Shown in pieces: positions 16,570 to 26,574 of a stretch of DNA of 45,776 bases. How positions within the stretch are numbered: the first letter of the stretch is position 1; each line of letters starts with the position of its first letter. The translations under genes and the position numbers were made by a program. This DNA comes from a virus: IMG/VR virus record IMGVR_UViG_3300037247_000151, positions 1 to 45,776 of that record; one strand, 5' to 3'. The notes beneath the pieces were generated by a model. The model worked only from the letters and a program-made list of their open reading frames with translations. It had not been told where the DNA came from and did no database searches.

Positions 16570-17323
16570 TAACCCTTCTGTCTTTAGTCAATGTTCCGCC
16601 TGCACCTAATGTTGACCTACTTTTAGTAGATGGCTTTGCTGCTTGTGAAGTTCCATAAGGTCCAACAATTGTTCTTGTTCCAGTCATTACTGCACCTGCT
16701 CCCGGTCTTCCTTGAGTAAAGTCAGTCGTGCCACGAAGTTGTTGACCTGTACCATAAGCACCGCCAAATCCAAAATTAGAACCAAGAGAAGCCCCAGTAC
16801 CAGCACCAGCTTGATTATAAAGATTTTGAAACGCTTGCGCTCCGGTTAAAGGTGCTGGTTGATAACCTCCACCCCCTCCACCACCTCTACTTTGATTTCT
16901 CATATAGTTCTCGTAGAGGTTTTGCATCAACTGAGCTTGAATATCTGCTTCTGCACCTGTTTGCGCTGCTGCGTAACCGGTAGCTAATCCTGTTCTTTGT
17001 CGTCCTATATCGGTAAACGCTTGTGTTCGCTGTAACCCGAGTTCAGATCGTGCTTGCTGACCTGCCGCTAACATAGAGCCTGTTTGTCCCCACTGTTGAC
17101 CTGTAGCGTACCCACGATTAGCCATGATTTCTTGTAGTCGTCTGGACGCTTGCTGTGTTGCAACGTCTGCCGCTGTAGCTTGTTCTAAATACCGAGGGTC
17201 AATAGCAGCTTCTTGAACATCTAAAGCTGACCCGCTTTGCTCGAATTTCCTTCTCAGGTCTTCCATAACTGATATTCGCTGTTGTGCGGATATGTCTCTT
17301 ACATACTGTTCGCCGTTTGCCAT
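16550..17323 (-). CDS. Gln/Gly/Ala-rich virion protein
   Basis: Low-complexity ORF with a GGGGGGG run, inside the structural block. Confidence 0.5.
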   Translation of the reverse strand: MANGEQYVRDISAQQRISVMEDLRRKFEQSGSALDVQEAAIDPRYLEQATAADVATQQASRRLQEIMANRGYATGQQWGQTGSMLAAGQQARSELGLQRTQAFTDIGRQRTGLATGYAAAQTGAEADIQAQLMQNLYENYMRNQSRGGGGGGGYQPAPLTGAQAFQNLYNQAGAGTGASLGSNFGFGGAYGTGQQLRGTTDFTQGRPGAGAVMTGTRTIVGPYGTSQAAKPSTKSRSTLGAGGTLTKDRRVIGPYGR

Positions 17324-17333
17324 AGTTTGCTCC

Positions 17334-17972
17334 TTATAATACTTGTTTGTCTATTGCCCCTTCGTCTGGTGCTATAAATATTCCTATTACTTGTTTGTTT
17401 ATCGAACCTTCATCGTTTGCTATAAAAACTCTCGTAACTGCTTTATCTATACTTCCTTCGTCTGGTGATATTTTTATATTTCCTAAATCATGCGTTATGT
17501 CCAAGAAAATAGAACTTGCCTCAATAGCAAAACTTAAACCTAAACCAAAATCCCCTCTAATAGAAAGTTGTCCTGAAGGTCTTAACCCATTAATGATTGA
17601 TATTAAATCTGGCGTGGAAATTGACTTTGCTCCTGATTCAAGAGCTGACAACGAAAGACTACCTACAACAGCATTGGTAACTGTAGGTTGAGTATTCCAC
17701 GTAATAGTATCTTCGTCCCATACGTCTGTAAAATCACGAAGTTCAAAATTACCACCAGTGCTAGAACTTGCGTTAATAGTAAAGTTAAAAGTAACCGCAC
17801 TAATAGTTGCTCCAACGGGTACAGAAGCCATATCAAATCCAAACCAACCGAAATGATCAAATATACCACCGCTTTCAAATCCAACAAAAACATTGCTTGA
17901 AGAGCCAAAATTTGTAGTTGGGTTTTCTTCCTCTGTATATGATTCTTGATTTGAGTCAATACTTTTTATCAT
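17334..17972 (-). CDS. Structural protein with W-x-E-D-T-I-T-W-N-x-Q-P motif and C-terminal tandem repeats
   Basis: DVWDEDTITWNTQPT resembles carbohydrate-binding (DNRLRE/CBM96-like) domains. Three PDEGSIDKxV..FIA repeats at the C-terminus. Confidence 0.45.
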   Translation of the reverse strand: MIKSIDSNQESYTEEENPTTNFGSSSNVFVGFESGGIFDHFGWFGFDMASVPVGATISAVTFNFTINASSSTGGNFELRDFTDVWDEDTITWNTQPTVTNAVVGSLSLSALESGAKSISTPDLISIINGLRPSGQLSIRGDFGLGLSFAIEASSIFLDITHDLGNIKISPDEGSIDKAVTRVFIANDEGSINKQVIGIFIAPDEGAIDKQVL

Positions 17973-17974
17973 AG

Positions 17975-18538
17975 TTAAGCCTCGTGTTGCATGTAGACTG
18001 TGCCTTGCGGAAACGTTCCTGCTGGTGGTGATGCGCCTGTGCCAAACACTATCATAGCAAGTTGAACAGAGGTTGCACCGTCTACGTTCAGTTTTAGAAC
18101 GTTATTAGCTGTGTCGTAAGTTAAAGTGTCGCCTGTGTCAAGGGTGATTGTCTGGATAGTTCCTAACTTAATTTCTGTAACTTCTCCGGCTATTAACTCT
18201 GCTGTTCCTATAGAATTGTCGGTCATTTTTGCTTGAGTGATAGTGTTGTCTGGCGGGATAGTTCCAGAGCCAGCCGAGAATATAGTGTCAATAGCAGCCG
18301 CAACGGTCGCATCAGGTGCGCTACCTTCGTATCCTATAGCCTTTGCACCGCTGTCGTCTGCCGCTACGCTTGCGAGTGCGGTGAGTATAGCGTTGATTTG
18401 AGTTTGGTTGAATACCGCTCTAGTGTCAAATTCCTGCTGTACAACGTTAAAGTCGCCAACAGATACACCGTAATCGTCTACTTGGTCATCGTGTATGAAT
18501 GAAAAATCGCCAGGTGCTTTCGTTGCTGGTAAGCTCAT
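17975..18538 (-). CDS. Short fiber/appendage-like structural protein
   Basis: ITQAKMTDNSIGTAELIAGEVTEIKLG fiber-type segment; ATGA-type overlap with the upstream gene. Confidence 0.4.
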   Translation of the reverse strand: MSLPATKAPGDFSFIHDDQVDDYGVSVGDFNVVQQEFDTRAVFNQTQINAILTALASVAADDSGAKAIGYEGSAPDATVAAAIDTIFSAGSGTIPPDNTITQAKMTDNSIGTAELIAGEVTEIKLGTIQTITLDTGDTLTYDTANNVLKLNVDGATSVQLAMIVFGTGASPPAGTFPQGTVYMQHEA

Positions 18539-20436
18539 CTTTTTACCTCTCTTTGATAAATGAATTTTATTGCTACGTTCAGAATACCTAATGATTCTGT
18601 TTCGTTTAGGTTTTCAAGTTTTATTTGGTAATATCCTATTTTCTTTTCTTTAACCTTTGTGCGAGATTGCTGAGGAAAATCATTTGCACCATATGTAAAT
18701 GTGCTGTATTTTATAAGAGAATATTTGAACAATGATTTTGCTATGAGTTTTACTAATCTCCACACGCTTCGCAAATCGCTCCTTACATAAAGGGACGCGC
18801 TTGTACGAGCAGCAGGTTTGATTGTAAAAAATATTTTTGATACTAATTTTCGGTTTGTAGATGATTTAAAGTCGAATATTTTGCTTACCCATCTGACGTT
18901 TATTACATCTGTCGTGTCTTCATCGGTGTCGTCGGCTATGTTTGAGTCGGTTACGTCCTTAAATCTTGCTATACTAGCTTTGTCATCACGTCCAAAATAT
19001 AACATTCCACCGATTTCGAGTGCGGTGTTCGCAGATATGTTATCGAGTCTGTACCACTGGTTATAAGTCGCAGATGTGCTGTCGTAGTCGTACACCCACG
19101 CTATGTCGTTGGTGGGGTGTAATAGCCAGTATTTTTTGTCAAAGTCTATGCCTACATAATCAGATAAGTTTCCAAGCTCCAATATCCCGTCTATCGCAAT
19201 AGGGTTAGTGTCTATGTTTCGGTTAATTTTTTCGGATATAATTCTTACGTTTTCTTCGTTAAAAGGGTCTATAGAAACGATTTGGTAAACACCTTTTGTA
19301 GTAACAAACGTAGGGAAGTTGTCAAGAATAGCTACGTTTTCGCTTCCAACACCGCCTATTGTTCCGTTTAATAGAGACCTGGTAAAAACAGGTTCGCCGT
19401 CACTTTCGTAATATTGCCTTATGTATATACTTTTTTGTTTGATTATTACTAGTGCATCGTAAGCAAACGAATACTCTAGTATAGCGTCAGTGTCTTTTCC
19501 AACTTGGTCAAATCCGTCGTTCGGAAAGTACGTTGGATCTAACAGCCCGCTTCTAAAGTCGGTGTTAGGTATGTCGGAGTTCCCCGCTAAAAACACTCTG
19601 TTACCTTCGGTTGCACCCCATAACGCAAATTGTGTGCATTTATTGATTTTGTCAGCGTCACCTGATACGGTTTTAAAAGCGGTTATCTCAACGTTGTTGA
19701 TGTCAAGTTCGGGTGCGCCATGCGGTGCAGAGCCGTCAGCAAAGTCTACTACCCCTGTTGTTCTGTTAACTTCAAATTCTGTACCTTCCGTTAACGCAAC
19801 TCCACTTATATCTACCGTAACCGCCGTAGCGTCTAAGTCTGTAAATTGTAATTGGTAGTCTGTAGATACTCCGTCACCGCTATACTGTTGTATGAACCCT
19901 GCTGCAATCAAGTTCTTGGATTCAAACGCTGTTCCTCCACCCGCAGGAGGTGTGCCTATTGTTATTGTCGGAATATACCCAACAACCAAAGAGTACGTAG
20001 TGCCGTTATAAACCATATATCTTGCTGCCTCTAATACATATAAGTCATCAGTAAAGTTAAAGGATTTTGGTCTGGTTTGTGAATCTATCGAAGCAATCAA
20101 AGTATTAGTTAGCGGTTCTGATTCTATGTCGTCTATTTTGAAAAGATTAGCTGCTGCGACTGTACTAGAAACAAACAAGTATTGCGTACCTGTAGCTTTC
20201 TTGTATTCGAATATAGATTGAATTTTTGTGTTGTCGGGGATAGCGTCAAATAAAGTCAACCACCCCTTACGGCTGTCTAAAGCTCCTTTATCGTCACTTA
20301 GCATATTGAGCATTTCGGGGGTTTCGTTGTCTTCTATTTGGGTATTATTAACAGATATGTTTATACCCTTAAACTTGTCAATTGCTAGAGTTTGTTCGGT
20401 TTGTGGTTTTGATACTTTAGTATTAGGATAAAACAT
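18535..20436 (-). CDS. Large tail protein (nozzle/tubular-B-like by position)
   Basis: 633-aa ORF between the adaptor-position gene and the fiber-like genes; no motif recognised. Confidence 0.45.
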   Translation of the reverse strand: MFYPNTKVSKPQTEQTLAIDKFKGINISVNNTQIEDNETPEMLNMLSDDKGALDSRKGWLTLFDAIPDNTKIQSIFEYKKATGTQYLFVSSTVAAANLFKIDDIESEPLTNTLIASIDSQTRPKSFNFTDDLYVLEAARYMVYNGTTYSLVVGYIPTITIGTPPAGGGTAFESKNLIAAGFIQQYSGDGVSTDYQLQFTDLDATAVTVDISGVALTEGTEFEVNRTTGVVDFADGSAPHGAPELDINNVEITAFKTVSGDADKINKCTQFALWGATEGNRVFLAGNSDIPNTDFRSGLLDPTYFPNDGFDQVGKDTDAILEYSFAYDALVIIKQKSIYIRQYYESDGEPVFTRSLLNGTIGGVGSENVAILDNFPTFVTTKGVYQIVSIDPFNEENVRIISEKINRNIDTNPIAIDGILELGNLSDYVGIDFDKKYWLLHPTNDIAWVYDYDSTSATYNQWYRLDNISANTALEIGGMLYFGRDDKASIARFKDVTDSNIADDTDEDTTDVINVRWVSKIFDFKSSTNRKLVSKIFFTIKPAARTSASLYVRSDLRSVWRLVKLIAKSLFKYSLIKYSTFTYGANDFPQQSRTKVKEKKIGYYQIKLENLNETESLGILNVAIKFIYQREVKR

Positions 20437-20589
20437 TTAATTAAACGTTCCCCTTACAAAATATTTATGTTGACTATTTTTTTTTCTTAGTTCGGCGGCA
20501 AATTTTTCTGCGTCTGATCGGACTTTAAATCCGAACGCACATTTATGAGCGCCTTCTTTTGTTTTACAAAAAACTTGATGTAATTTCAT
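20437..20589 (-). CDS. Small basic protein (50 aa, not in ORF track)
   Basis: ATG at 20589; its TAA abuts the ATG of the 633-aa gene. MKLHQVFCKTKEGAHKCAFGFKV... Confidence 0.4.
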   Translation of the reverse strand: MKLHQVFCKTKEGAHKCAFGFKVRSDAEKFAAELRKKNSQHKYFVRGTFN

Positions 20590-20595
20590 TTTTAA

Positions 20596-21555
20596 TCACC
20601 AGTTATCGTTACTTATTATTTTTTGTCGCCCTTTATCGGAGGGAGAGTTTATTTGTAGATTAACAGTGTTCTCACTAGCTTGATTTCTGAAACTGTCGGA
20701 CATATAAGCGTCTTCGTCTCGCATTAAATCGGATGCTATGTAATCTACTAACGTAGGCACAACTTCGTCAGGCATGTCTATTACGGTGCTGTCAAACTCG
20801 CCTATTGTACCGTCTTCGGATATTAAAGTAGGGTAAGAGTAGTAATGAACGTTGAACTCGCCCTTATCTAGCCATTTAAAGTAAATTCTTCGGTTGTCTA
20901 TATCGAATTCGTCAAACCTGTAGTCGGCAAAGTCAGTGAATTGTTCGCTTTCAAATGTCCAATCTACTCGGTTTCGTTTATAAAAATCGGTTGGAAGGTC
21001 ATAAGGTACAAAAGGTGCGTATTCAGGTGCGGTAACGAACAAATCAGCAAACAACGCTACCCATCTATACGGATAACGGAAACTGCCGCTAAACCGTATT
21101 CTAACTGAGTTGTCGGTGTCACCTACTCCTGTTGAATCTGAATAGTTCACAAACCCTTCGCCTGTTTCTGATACGTGGTTAATTGTTTCTAATATAGTCC
21201 ACACGCTATTAATCTCTTCTTCGATGAAAATTGTTGCTGTATCCGCCACCTGGAAAGAGTACGCCTGACTGCCTACCGCTTCAAAGGTTACGTCGTTATC
21301 ATCCGATGTAGTTTCGTGAATAACGTTTTCTATAAATGTCCCAATTTGGTTATCGGGCATCAAGTGAGATATTTCGTATATCTTTTTTAGTTTATTAGTT
21401 TCTACGCTAAGTTTTTTCTGATACAGGTTAATAAACGGTATCATAGACAATTTATAATCGTCTATATCGCTTCCTGTAGCTACTTCACCTGCGTTAGAAA
21501 ATACTCGCATTTTGTGCAAAACCGAGTTTTGAATCTGTCCTACTGTTGTGCTCAT
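20596..21555 (-). CDS. Structural protein (head-tail adaptor candidate by position)
   Basis: 319-aa ORF after the capsid-associated genes. Confidence 0.4.
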   Translation of the reverse strand: MSTTVGQIQNSVLHKMRVFSNAGEVATGSDIDDYKLSMIPFINLYQKKLSVETNKLKKIYEISHLMPDNQIGTFIENVIHETTSDDNDVTFEAVGSQAYSFQVADTATIFIEEEINSVWTILETINHVSETGEGFVNYSDSTGVGDTDNSVRIRFSGSFRYPYRWVALFADLFVTAPEYAPFVPYDLPTDFYKRNRVDWTFESEQFTDFADYRFDEFDIDNRRIYFKWLDKGEFNVHYYSYPTLISEDGTIGEFDSTVIDMPDEVVPTLVDYIASDLMRDEDAYMSDSFRNQASENTVNLQINSPSDKGRQKIISNDNW

Positions 21556-21573
21556 GTTTCACCTACTTAAATC

Positions 21574-21593
21574 GGGGCGAGTTTCCCCGCCCC
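21574..21593 (-). terminator. GC-rich intercistronic hairpin (partial terminator) after the capsid genes
   Basis: GGGGCG-8 nt-CGCCCC, followed on the minus strand by GAUUUAAG. Confidence 0.4.
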
Positions 21594-21600
21594 TAATTAG

Positions 21601-22131
21601 TTATGCTAGTGTTGCGTACTCAACGTACACTTTTGCTACCATTTCTGCATAATCAGCAGCAACTAGTGTATACGCTATCGTTGTTGCAGCAGTCGTGATG
21701 TATGGTTCTGGTGATAAAGCCCCTGCTCCGTCTTCGTCCACGCTCATCAACGCGCCTAGTGTCTGACCTGTGTTGAGCAACGTACCTTTAACCGTGGCAA
21801 TCGAGGCTACCGAAACTCCAGCAAGGAATCCGTCTTCGTCACCGCCACTTATGCCTACAATTAAAGTTTTTGTCGTTCCTGTAGCTTCAGCGGTTGTTAC
21901 TGACAACCAAACCCTTTTGATGATTGCGTTTATCGGTATTACCAAAGTCGTGTCGTGCGAGTCAGTATCTGCTACAATTGGAAGGAGTTCGCTCACTGTT
22001 TGAGTCGTTAACCCACCGCTTGTAACGCTACCAGTTACATTTCCTGCCACATTACCTGTAACATTGCCTGTGACGTTTCCTATAAAACCGCCTGGTACTG
22101 TCAGCGGTCCGCTCATTTTACTTGCGCTCAT
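21601..22131 (-). CDS. Capsid-associated protein with N-terminal (GNVT)n repeat
   Basis: GNVTGNVTGNVAGNVTGSVT encoded by five 12-nt tandem units (22021-22080). Confidence 0.45.
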   Translation of the reverse strand: MSASKMSGPLTVPGGFIGNVTGNVTGNVAGNVTGSVTSGGLTTQTVSELLPIVADTDSHDTTLVIPINAIIKRVWLSVTTAEATGTTKTLIVGISGGDEDGFLAGVSVASIATVKGTLLNTGQTLGALMSVDEDGAGALSPEPYITTAATTIAYTLVAADYAEMVAKVYVEYATLA

Positions 22132-22143
22132 ATCAGTACCCCC

Positions 22144-23160
22144 TTAAAGCGAAGTGCCAAGACCCGGAATACAAGCTACAATGCCTCTGAACGAGTTTGT
22201 AGGACTTGCAACGTGCCTAGCTCTAGCTCTCCACTGGTTTGCATCTGTGTTCGTGTCTATGCAAGAGTTGATTTCAAGATCAATACGCTTCTGCAAAACG
22301 AACGGTTTGTTCTTCATGATGTACTTCATGTCTGCAAGCATCCACCACGAAGTCGAACCAGTTTTTCCAGCAGGTTCGCCCAAGAAATTCCAACTGATTA
22401 CGTTGTATCTCTTAGCGTTGTAAATACCGGCTCTGTCTGTCGATGTCGGGTTACCAGTTGCGTTTAGTGCTTCAAACACTAATTCCCTTTGAGCCGCATC
22501 GGCAGCGGTTGTAAACGGAACTATAATTGTGTCAGGTCTTAACCTTAGTTTACGTCCGTTATCGTCTCTCTGGTTCGACAAAATAGCTTCCAGTTTTGTC
22601 AGATTCTCGTTTGAAAATGCAGCGTTGTACAAGTTAGACTGGTCTGCAAACCCACCAGTTTTTGATGGATGGTCTGTTGCAAACAACGCTTTAGCATCTG
22701 CGCCGGCAATGTTGAATGTTTTACCTTCGAACAACTGCGTAGTTGAAATTGCTTTTGTGAAGAAATCCGCTGCGTACTCTTCCATCGTGTCGTAGTAGTT
22801 ATCTACCAAAGTTCCGGCTTCGTCTTTAATTGCGCCAAGCTTGCCATCCTCTATCATTTCTTTTGAAAATGATACTGAATCTTTCCACGTTATAGCGTTT
22901 TCCAAGATTTTAGTGTACATGTCCTGAACGTCTGATTCTGGATAAGCTGCGTTCTCGCCCTTTGGCTGCATCCTGTTTGAAAGCGATGTCTGACCGCCGT
23001 ATGATTCCGCCCAGTCGCCCGATGTTACCACCGGAATAACTTGGTCGTATATCGTGTTCTCAAGTGCTAAAAGGTCTTGCGACTCTAAATACTGTTTTAT
23101 AGGAGCTTGAATTTTACCAAAAGAGGTATCATTAAGTTCACTTGCTTTTGTTACTATCAT
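22144..23160 (-). CDS. Major capsid protein (presumed HK97 fold)
   Basis: 338 aa; position after the scaffold and decoration-position genes; strong SD. Confidence 0.65.
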   Translation of the reverse strand: MIVTKASELNDTSFGKIQAPIKQYLESQDLLALENTIYDQVIPVVTSGDWAESYGGQTSLSNRMQPKGENAAYPESDVQDMYTKILENAITWKDSVSFSKEMIEDGKLGAIKDEAGTLVDNYYDTMEEYAADFFTKAISTTQLFEGKTFNIAGADAKALFATDHPSKTGGFADQSNLYNAAFSNENLTKLEAILSNQRDDNGRKLRLRPDTIIVPFTTAADAAQRELVFEALNATGNPTSTDRAGIYNAKRYNVISWNFLGEPAGKTGSTSWWMLADMKYIMKNKPFVLQKRIDLEINSCIDTNTDANQWRARARHVASPTNSFRGIVACIPGLGTSL

Positions 23161-23176
23161 TTATCTCAACTCCTTT

Positions 23177-23590
23177 TTAAACTGCGTCAGCGTTTGTAAA
23201 GTGACCGACTACTTCTGATAATGTCTTTGCATCGGTTTCGTCCACCATAAATACGCCTGCGGTTGTAGTGTCTGTTATGCTAGTGGCTGCTGTTGTAAGC
23301 GTGTACTTATTGCCAATAGCCGTACTAACGATTTCGACTGCTGTTTGTGTAACAAACTTCGTAGTCTTTCTAATCTCGTATACAGGGACTTCTGCTGTTA
23401 CTCCGTCACCTGTAATTCCTGCTGCTGTTACATATCTCTGTGTGCCGGCAGTCGTTGCCGCACTCGTTGTGAGTATGCCAGACGATAGGTATACTATCTC
23501 GCCTAACAGGAAAACCTCATCACTCGTACCTATAAAATACTGTAGAGGTTGAGAATTTTTCTGTTCTTCTGCTATGTATTTGAAACTCAT
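23177..23590 (-). CDS. Head decoration-like protein (by position)
   Basis: 137-aa Thr/Ala-rich ORF between the scaffold and capsid genes. Confidence 0.35.
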   Translation of the reverse strand: MSFKYIAEEQKNSQPLQYFIGTSDEVFLLGEIVYLSSGILTTSAATTAGTQRYVTAAGITGDGVTAEVPVYEIRKTTKFVTQTAVEIVSTAIGNKYTLTTAATSITDTTTAGVFMVDETDAKTLSEVVGHFTNADAV

Positions 23591-23608
23591 GTTTTCAACT
23601 CCTTTTGT

Positions 23609-24349
23609 TTACCAGCCAGCTTTCTTCTGGTTTTTAGCCATCTTGGTCAATGCCTCGTCAGACACACCTGGATAAAACTTTCTCCAGTTTTCAACTTCTT
23701 TTTGGCTGACTGTTATTGTTTCTATTTCGCCTCCGCCTTGCGTTTGCTTAATATGCGAGTACCCTTTTGCTTGGTTTATAACTTCTTGCCTAGCTTCGTT
23801 CACAGAATTGTTTTGTAATGACTGAGCGTTCGCTATGTTAAAAGCCGATAAGACTTTTTCGCCCTTCTCCATCAAATCTAATATCTTGCCTGCGTTGTCG
23901 AGTTTTAATATATCTTCGACTTTTTCTAGTTTCAGACCGTGAGCTTCGTTAAGCTCGTCGAGTTCAGATTTGGGATTATAAATTTGTGGTTCGGGTTTTT
24001 GGTTTACTATTGATGCGATTGCCGCTACAGTTTTTACGTCAATGCCGGCACTTTCAAGAGTTTTGTTAGTTTGGTCTTCCTGCATAGCTGCTCGGTACTG
24101 CTCTTCTGTAGTAATCTCTGTAAACCCTTCTCCAGCTGCTTGGGCTGCATAAAAGGCGTTGCGTTCTATTTCTTTTTGTTCGTATTCATGCAACTTGTTT
24201 TCCGCGTTACGCTTTTCTACTCTTGCTTTAGCGAAAGCAAAGTTGCTTGGTGATTGTTCACCACTCGGGTTTTCACCGGTATCAGGTTGAACTTCTGTTG
24301 ATTCTTCTACTGTTGGTTCTACTGATTCTTCCTGCAATTTTTCGTCCAT
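23609..24349 (-). CDS. Scaffolding protein
   Basis: Acidic, helical/coiled-coil 246 aa located between the portal and capsid genes. Confidence 0.6.
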   Translation of the reverse strand: MDEKLQEESVEPTVEESTEVQPDTGENPSGEQSPSNFAFAKARVEKRNAENKLHEYEQKEIERNAFYAAQAAGEGFTEITTEEQYRAAMQEDQTNKTLESAGIDVKTVAAIASIVNQKPEPQIYNPKSELDELNEAHGLKLEKVEDILKLDNAGKILDLMEKGEKVLSAFNIANAQSLQNNSVNEARQEVINQAKGYSHIKQTQGGGEIETITVSQKEVENWRKFYPGVSDEALTKMAKNQKKAGW

Positions 24350-24406
24350 TTTTTTCTCCTATGGTTTAAGCCCCATGTGGCTATAATCTACGGATTCGCC
24401 CGTGCG

Positions 24407-24580
24407 CTAGTATCTCATCGCTTTGCTTTGTTTGTTGTAGTTCGCCTGGTTACCACCGGAAGGTGTCTGTCTGAGGTCTTTGCCCTCTTTCAGCTTACCG
24501 CCAGCTTTGCTTGTTGCGCCATACGGTGCTTTTGACGTTCCTTGTCCGCCGTTTGTCGGCATCATGTATTCATGCTTCAT
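24407..24580 (-). CDS. Small basic Gly-rich protein (57 aa, not in ORF track)
   Basis: ATGA overlap with the portal stop. MKHEYMMPTNGGQGTSKAPYGATSKAGGKLKEGK... Confidence 0.5.
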   Translation of the reverse strand: MKHEYMMPTNGGQGTSKAPYGATSKAGGKLKEGKDLRQTPSGGNQANYNKQSKAMRY

Positions 24581-26574
24581 TGGGTTGCTCCTTTCGGTTG
24601 ATTTTGTGCTTGTTCTTGCTCTCTTGCCGAATCATCTAGTTCTTGTATTAATTCGTCTGTTGGTGCACTTAGAAACTCTAGTAATATTTCTGGTGGCAGA
24701 GTTTTAAGCAGTTCTAACAGTTGCACACGTTTGTCTTGCTGGTTCGCCTGTTCTAATATTTTTTCAGCTATCGGGAATCCTACGCCAGCGAGTAGTTGCC
24801 ATAACTGTTCTACGGTCAACGCTCCTGATTGATAGAACCCTAATATTTGCTGATAGATATACTGTTTGTCTGTCGGGATTTCTTCTGTTCTGCTTGCTGA
24901 GAAAATGAAATCTGTATTGAAGTACCATTCTCCTGCTTTATCTTGGAGAAGAAGGTTGAACTTGTTGAACGATTTATAAATGGTGTCGCCTTTGCTGTCT
25001 ATCGTGAAGTAAGGGCGTTCTTCTTGAGTAAAGTTAAGGTCAAACCAAAACATTATCTTAAACAAATCGCTGTAGAATATTAACTTGTTTTTAATAGGTG
25101 CGCCCATAACGTTTTGAGTCTGCATAACCTGTATTTCTTTGGCTTTGCCTGATTTAGCAGACGAATCGTACTTGCCTTGGAACGATGGAGTGATACCTAT
25201 AGTTGTTTGGGCTTCTTGGTACAATTGCTGTAAAGCTACAAGATCGCTTTGTATAGGAGCTTGGATGTTAAAAGTTTTTATCTGGCTGAAAAGTTGAGGG
25301 CTGCCTTTTACAACAGTAACAACATCGTTTGAAATATCAATATTTAATTTGTCTGGAACATATACTAAGAAATTTGAACTTAAAAGTTTTTCTTCCATTC
25401 TCGAAGCGATTTTTTTGTAAGATTCTTGTAACGGCTGTATAAGTTCAACATCGCTTCTGCCTCTAAACGAAAAGTTATATGGGACATTTCTTCTTATGGA
25501 AATTGGAAATATTTTAGGTACAGGAATAGGAACTTTTGTGCCTTTTGGAACTGTTCGTTCTTTTACGATAGTTTTTGTTACGTCAATAACGCTAAGTATT
25601 TCACCAGTTTCGAGGTTTCTTACTATTTCTTTTGTGGTTTGCGGGTATGAAATTGGAGGTAAAAACAAGTCTTCTTTGATAGTTATTGTAGTTTGTATGT
25701 TGGTTCTGAGTTTTTTTGAACCGCACTTGCACTTTTTTGTGCCTTGTGGATATTCATTTTCGCACTTAGGACATTTTGCTACTCTAGGATAGTAATATTT
25801 GGGTACATCTTCCAAAATCGTGTTGACTGCCCACGACATCTTGCCTATGTCGCCGTCTTTGTCGCGGTAAAATGTTGTGACTTGGGTAACTTTGTCTTTT
25901 GACGAACCTGTAGCGTCAGTTTCGTTTTTCTGACGCTCTACTATATTAATGTCAGGATATTGTTCCCCGCTTGAACTTAAAGTAATGTTGTATTCTCGCT
26001 GAATAGCGTCTTTTGTTTTAGAGTCCATGAAGTGAATACGTTGCATTTCTTGGACTTTGAACACGTTTTCTTGTGGAATTACTTGTTTTGGGTGATAGTC
26101 TAGAATTTTTTTCTCGCCTAACTCGTCGTGCAAGCCTAAAGACATATCCCACGTTACTAAAGCAGGTGTCATGCCGTTTATGTACGTTGTGCGCTCGTTG
26201 TAGTCTGCCATTCTGTCCATAGGTAGTGATGCCATATCTGATATAATTTTTTCTTGTATCATTTTAGCTTGATCGTCCATGCCAGGGCGTAAAGACTTGA
26301 CTACTGGGATTGGTACGCTGGTATCTACTTTTGCTTCGATAAACTCAGACGTAAGATTTCTGACAACGTTAGTTTGTTTTATAGGCTGATTTGATTTAGA
26401 ATTAACGTTTTTTTGAGTAATCGAAGTGCCTCTATAAACCCTTTCGAACATGTCAAATATGTCTTCGTTGTTGTACTGCCCTTTATCGTGGTAAAAATCT
26501 CGCCTAAGCTGCTCAAATAACTCGTCACCGCCAAGCTCGTACATTTCACCGTCTACCAAATACTCTATTTTCAT
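24577..26574 (-). CDS. Portal protein
   Basis: 665 aa immediately after TerL. SD AGAAGGAG and ATGA overlap with the TerL stop (the track's earlier Met at 26595 is probably an extension). Confidence 0.7.
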   Translation of the reverse strand: MKIEYLVDGEMYELGGDELFEQLRRDFYHDKGQYNNEDIFDMFERVYRGTSITQKNVNSKSNQPIKQTNVVRNLTSEFIEAKVDTSVPIPVVKSLRPGMDDQAKMIQEKIISDMASLPMDRMADYNERTTYINGMTPALVTWDMSLGLHDELGEKKILDYHPKQVIPQENVFKVQEMQRIHFMDSKTKDAIQREYNITLSSSGEQYPDINIVERQKNETDATGSSKDKVTQVTTFYRDKDGDIGKMSWAVNTILEDVPKYYYPRVAKCPKCENEYPQGTKKCKCGSKKLRTNIQTTITIKEDLFLPPISYPQTTKEIVRNLETGEILSVIDVTKTIVKERTVPKGTKVPIPVPKIFPISIRRNVPYNFSFRGRSDVELIQPLQESYKKIASRMEEKLLSSNFLVYVPDKLNIDISNDVVTVVKGSPQLFSQIKTFNIQAPIQSDLVALQQLYQEAQTTIGITPSFQGKYDSSAKSGKAKEIQVMQTQNVMGAPIKNKLIFYSDLFKIMFWFDLNFTQEERPYFTIDSKGDTIYKSFNKFNLLLQDKAGEWYFNTDFIFSASRTEEIPTDKQYIYQQILGFYQSGALTVEQLWQLLAGVGFPIAEKILEQANQQDKRVQLLELLKTLPPEILLEFLSAPTDELIQELDDSAREQEQAQNQPKGATQ

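Noticed and set aside
17663-17959. Same-strand alternative-frame ORFs (17663-17959, 28627-28827, 40600-40800, 44513-44725, 45194-45385, 35909-36137, 31194-31409)
   Set aside because: They overlap better-supported genes out of frame, lack an SD, and have biased composition.
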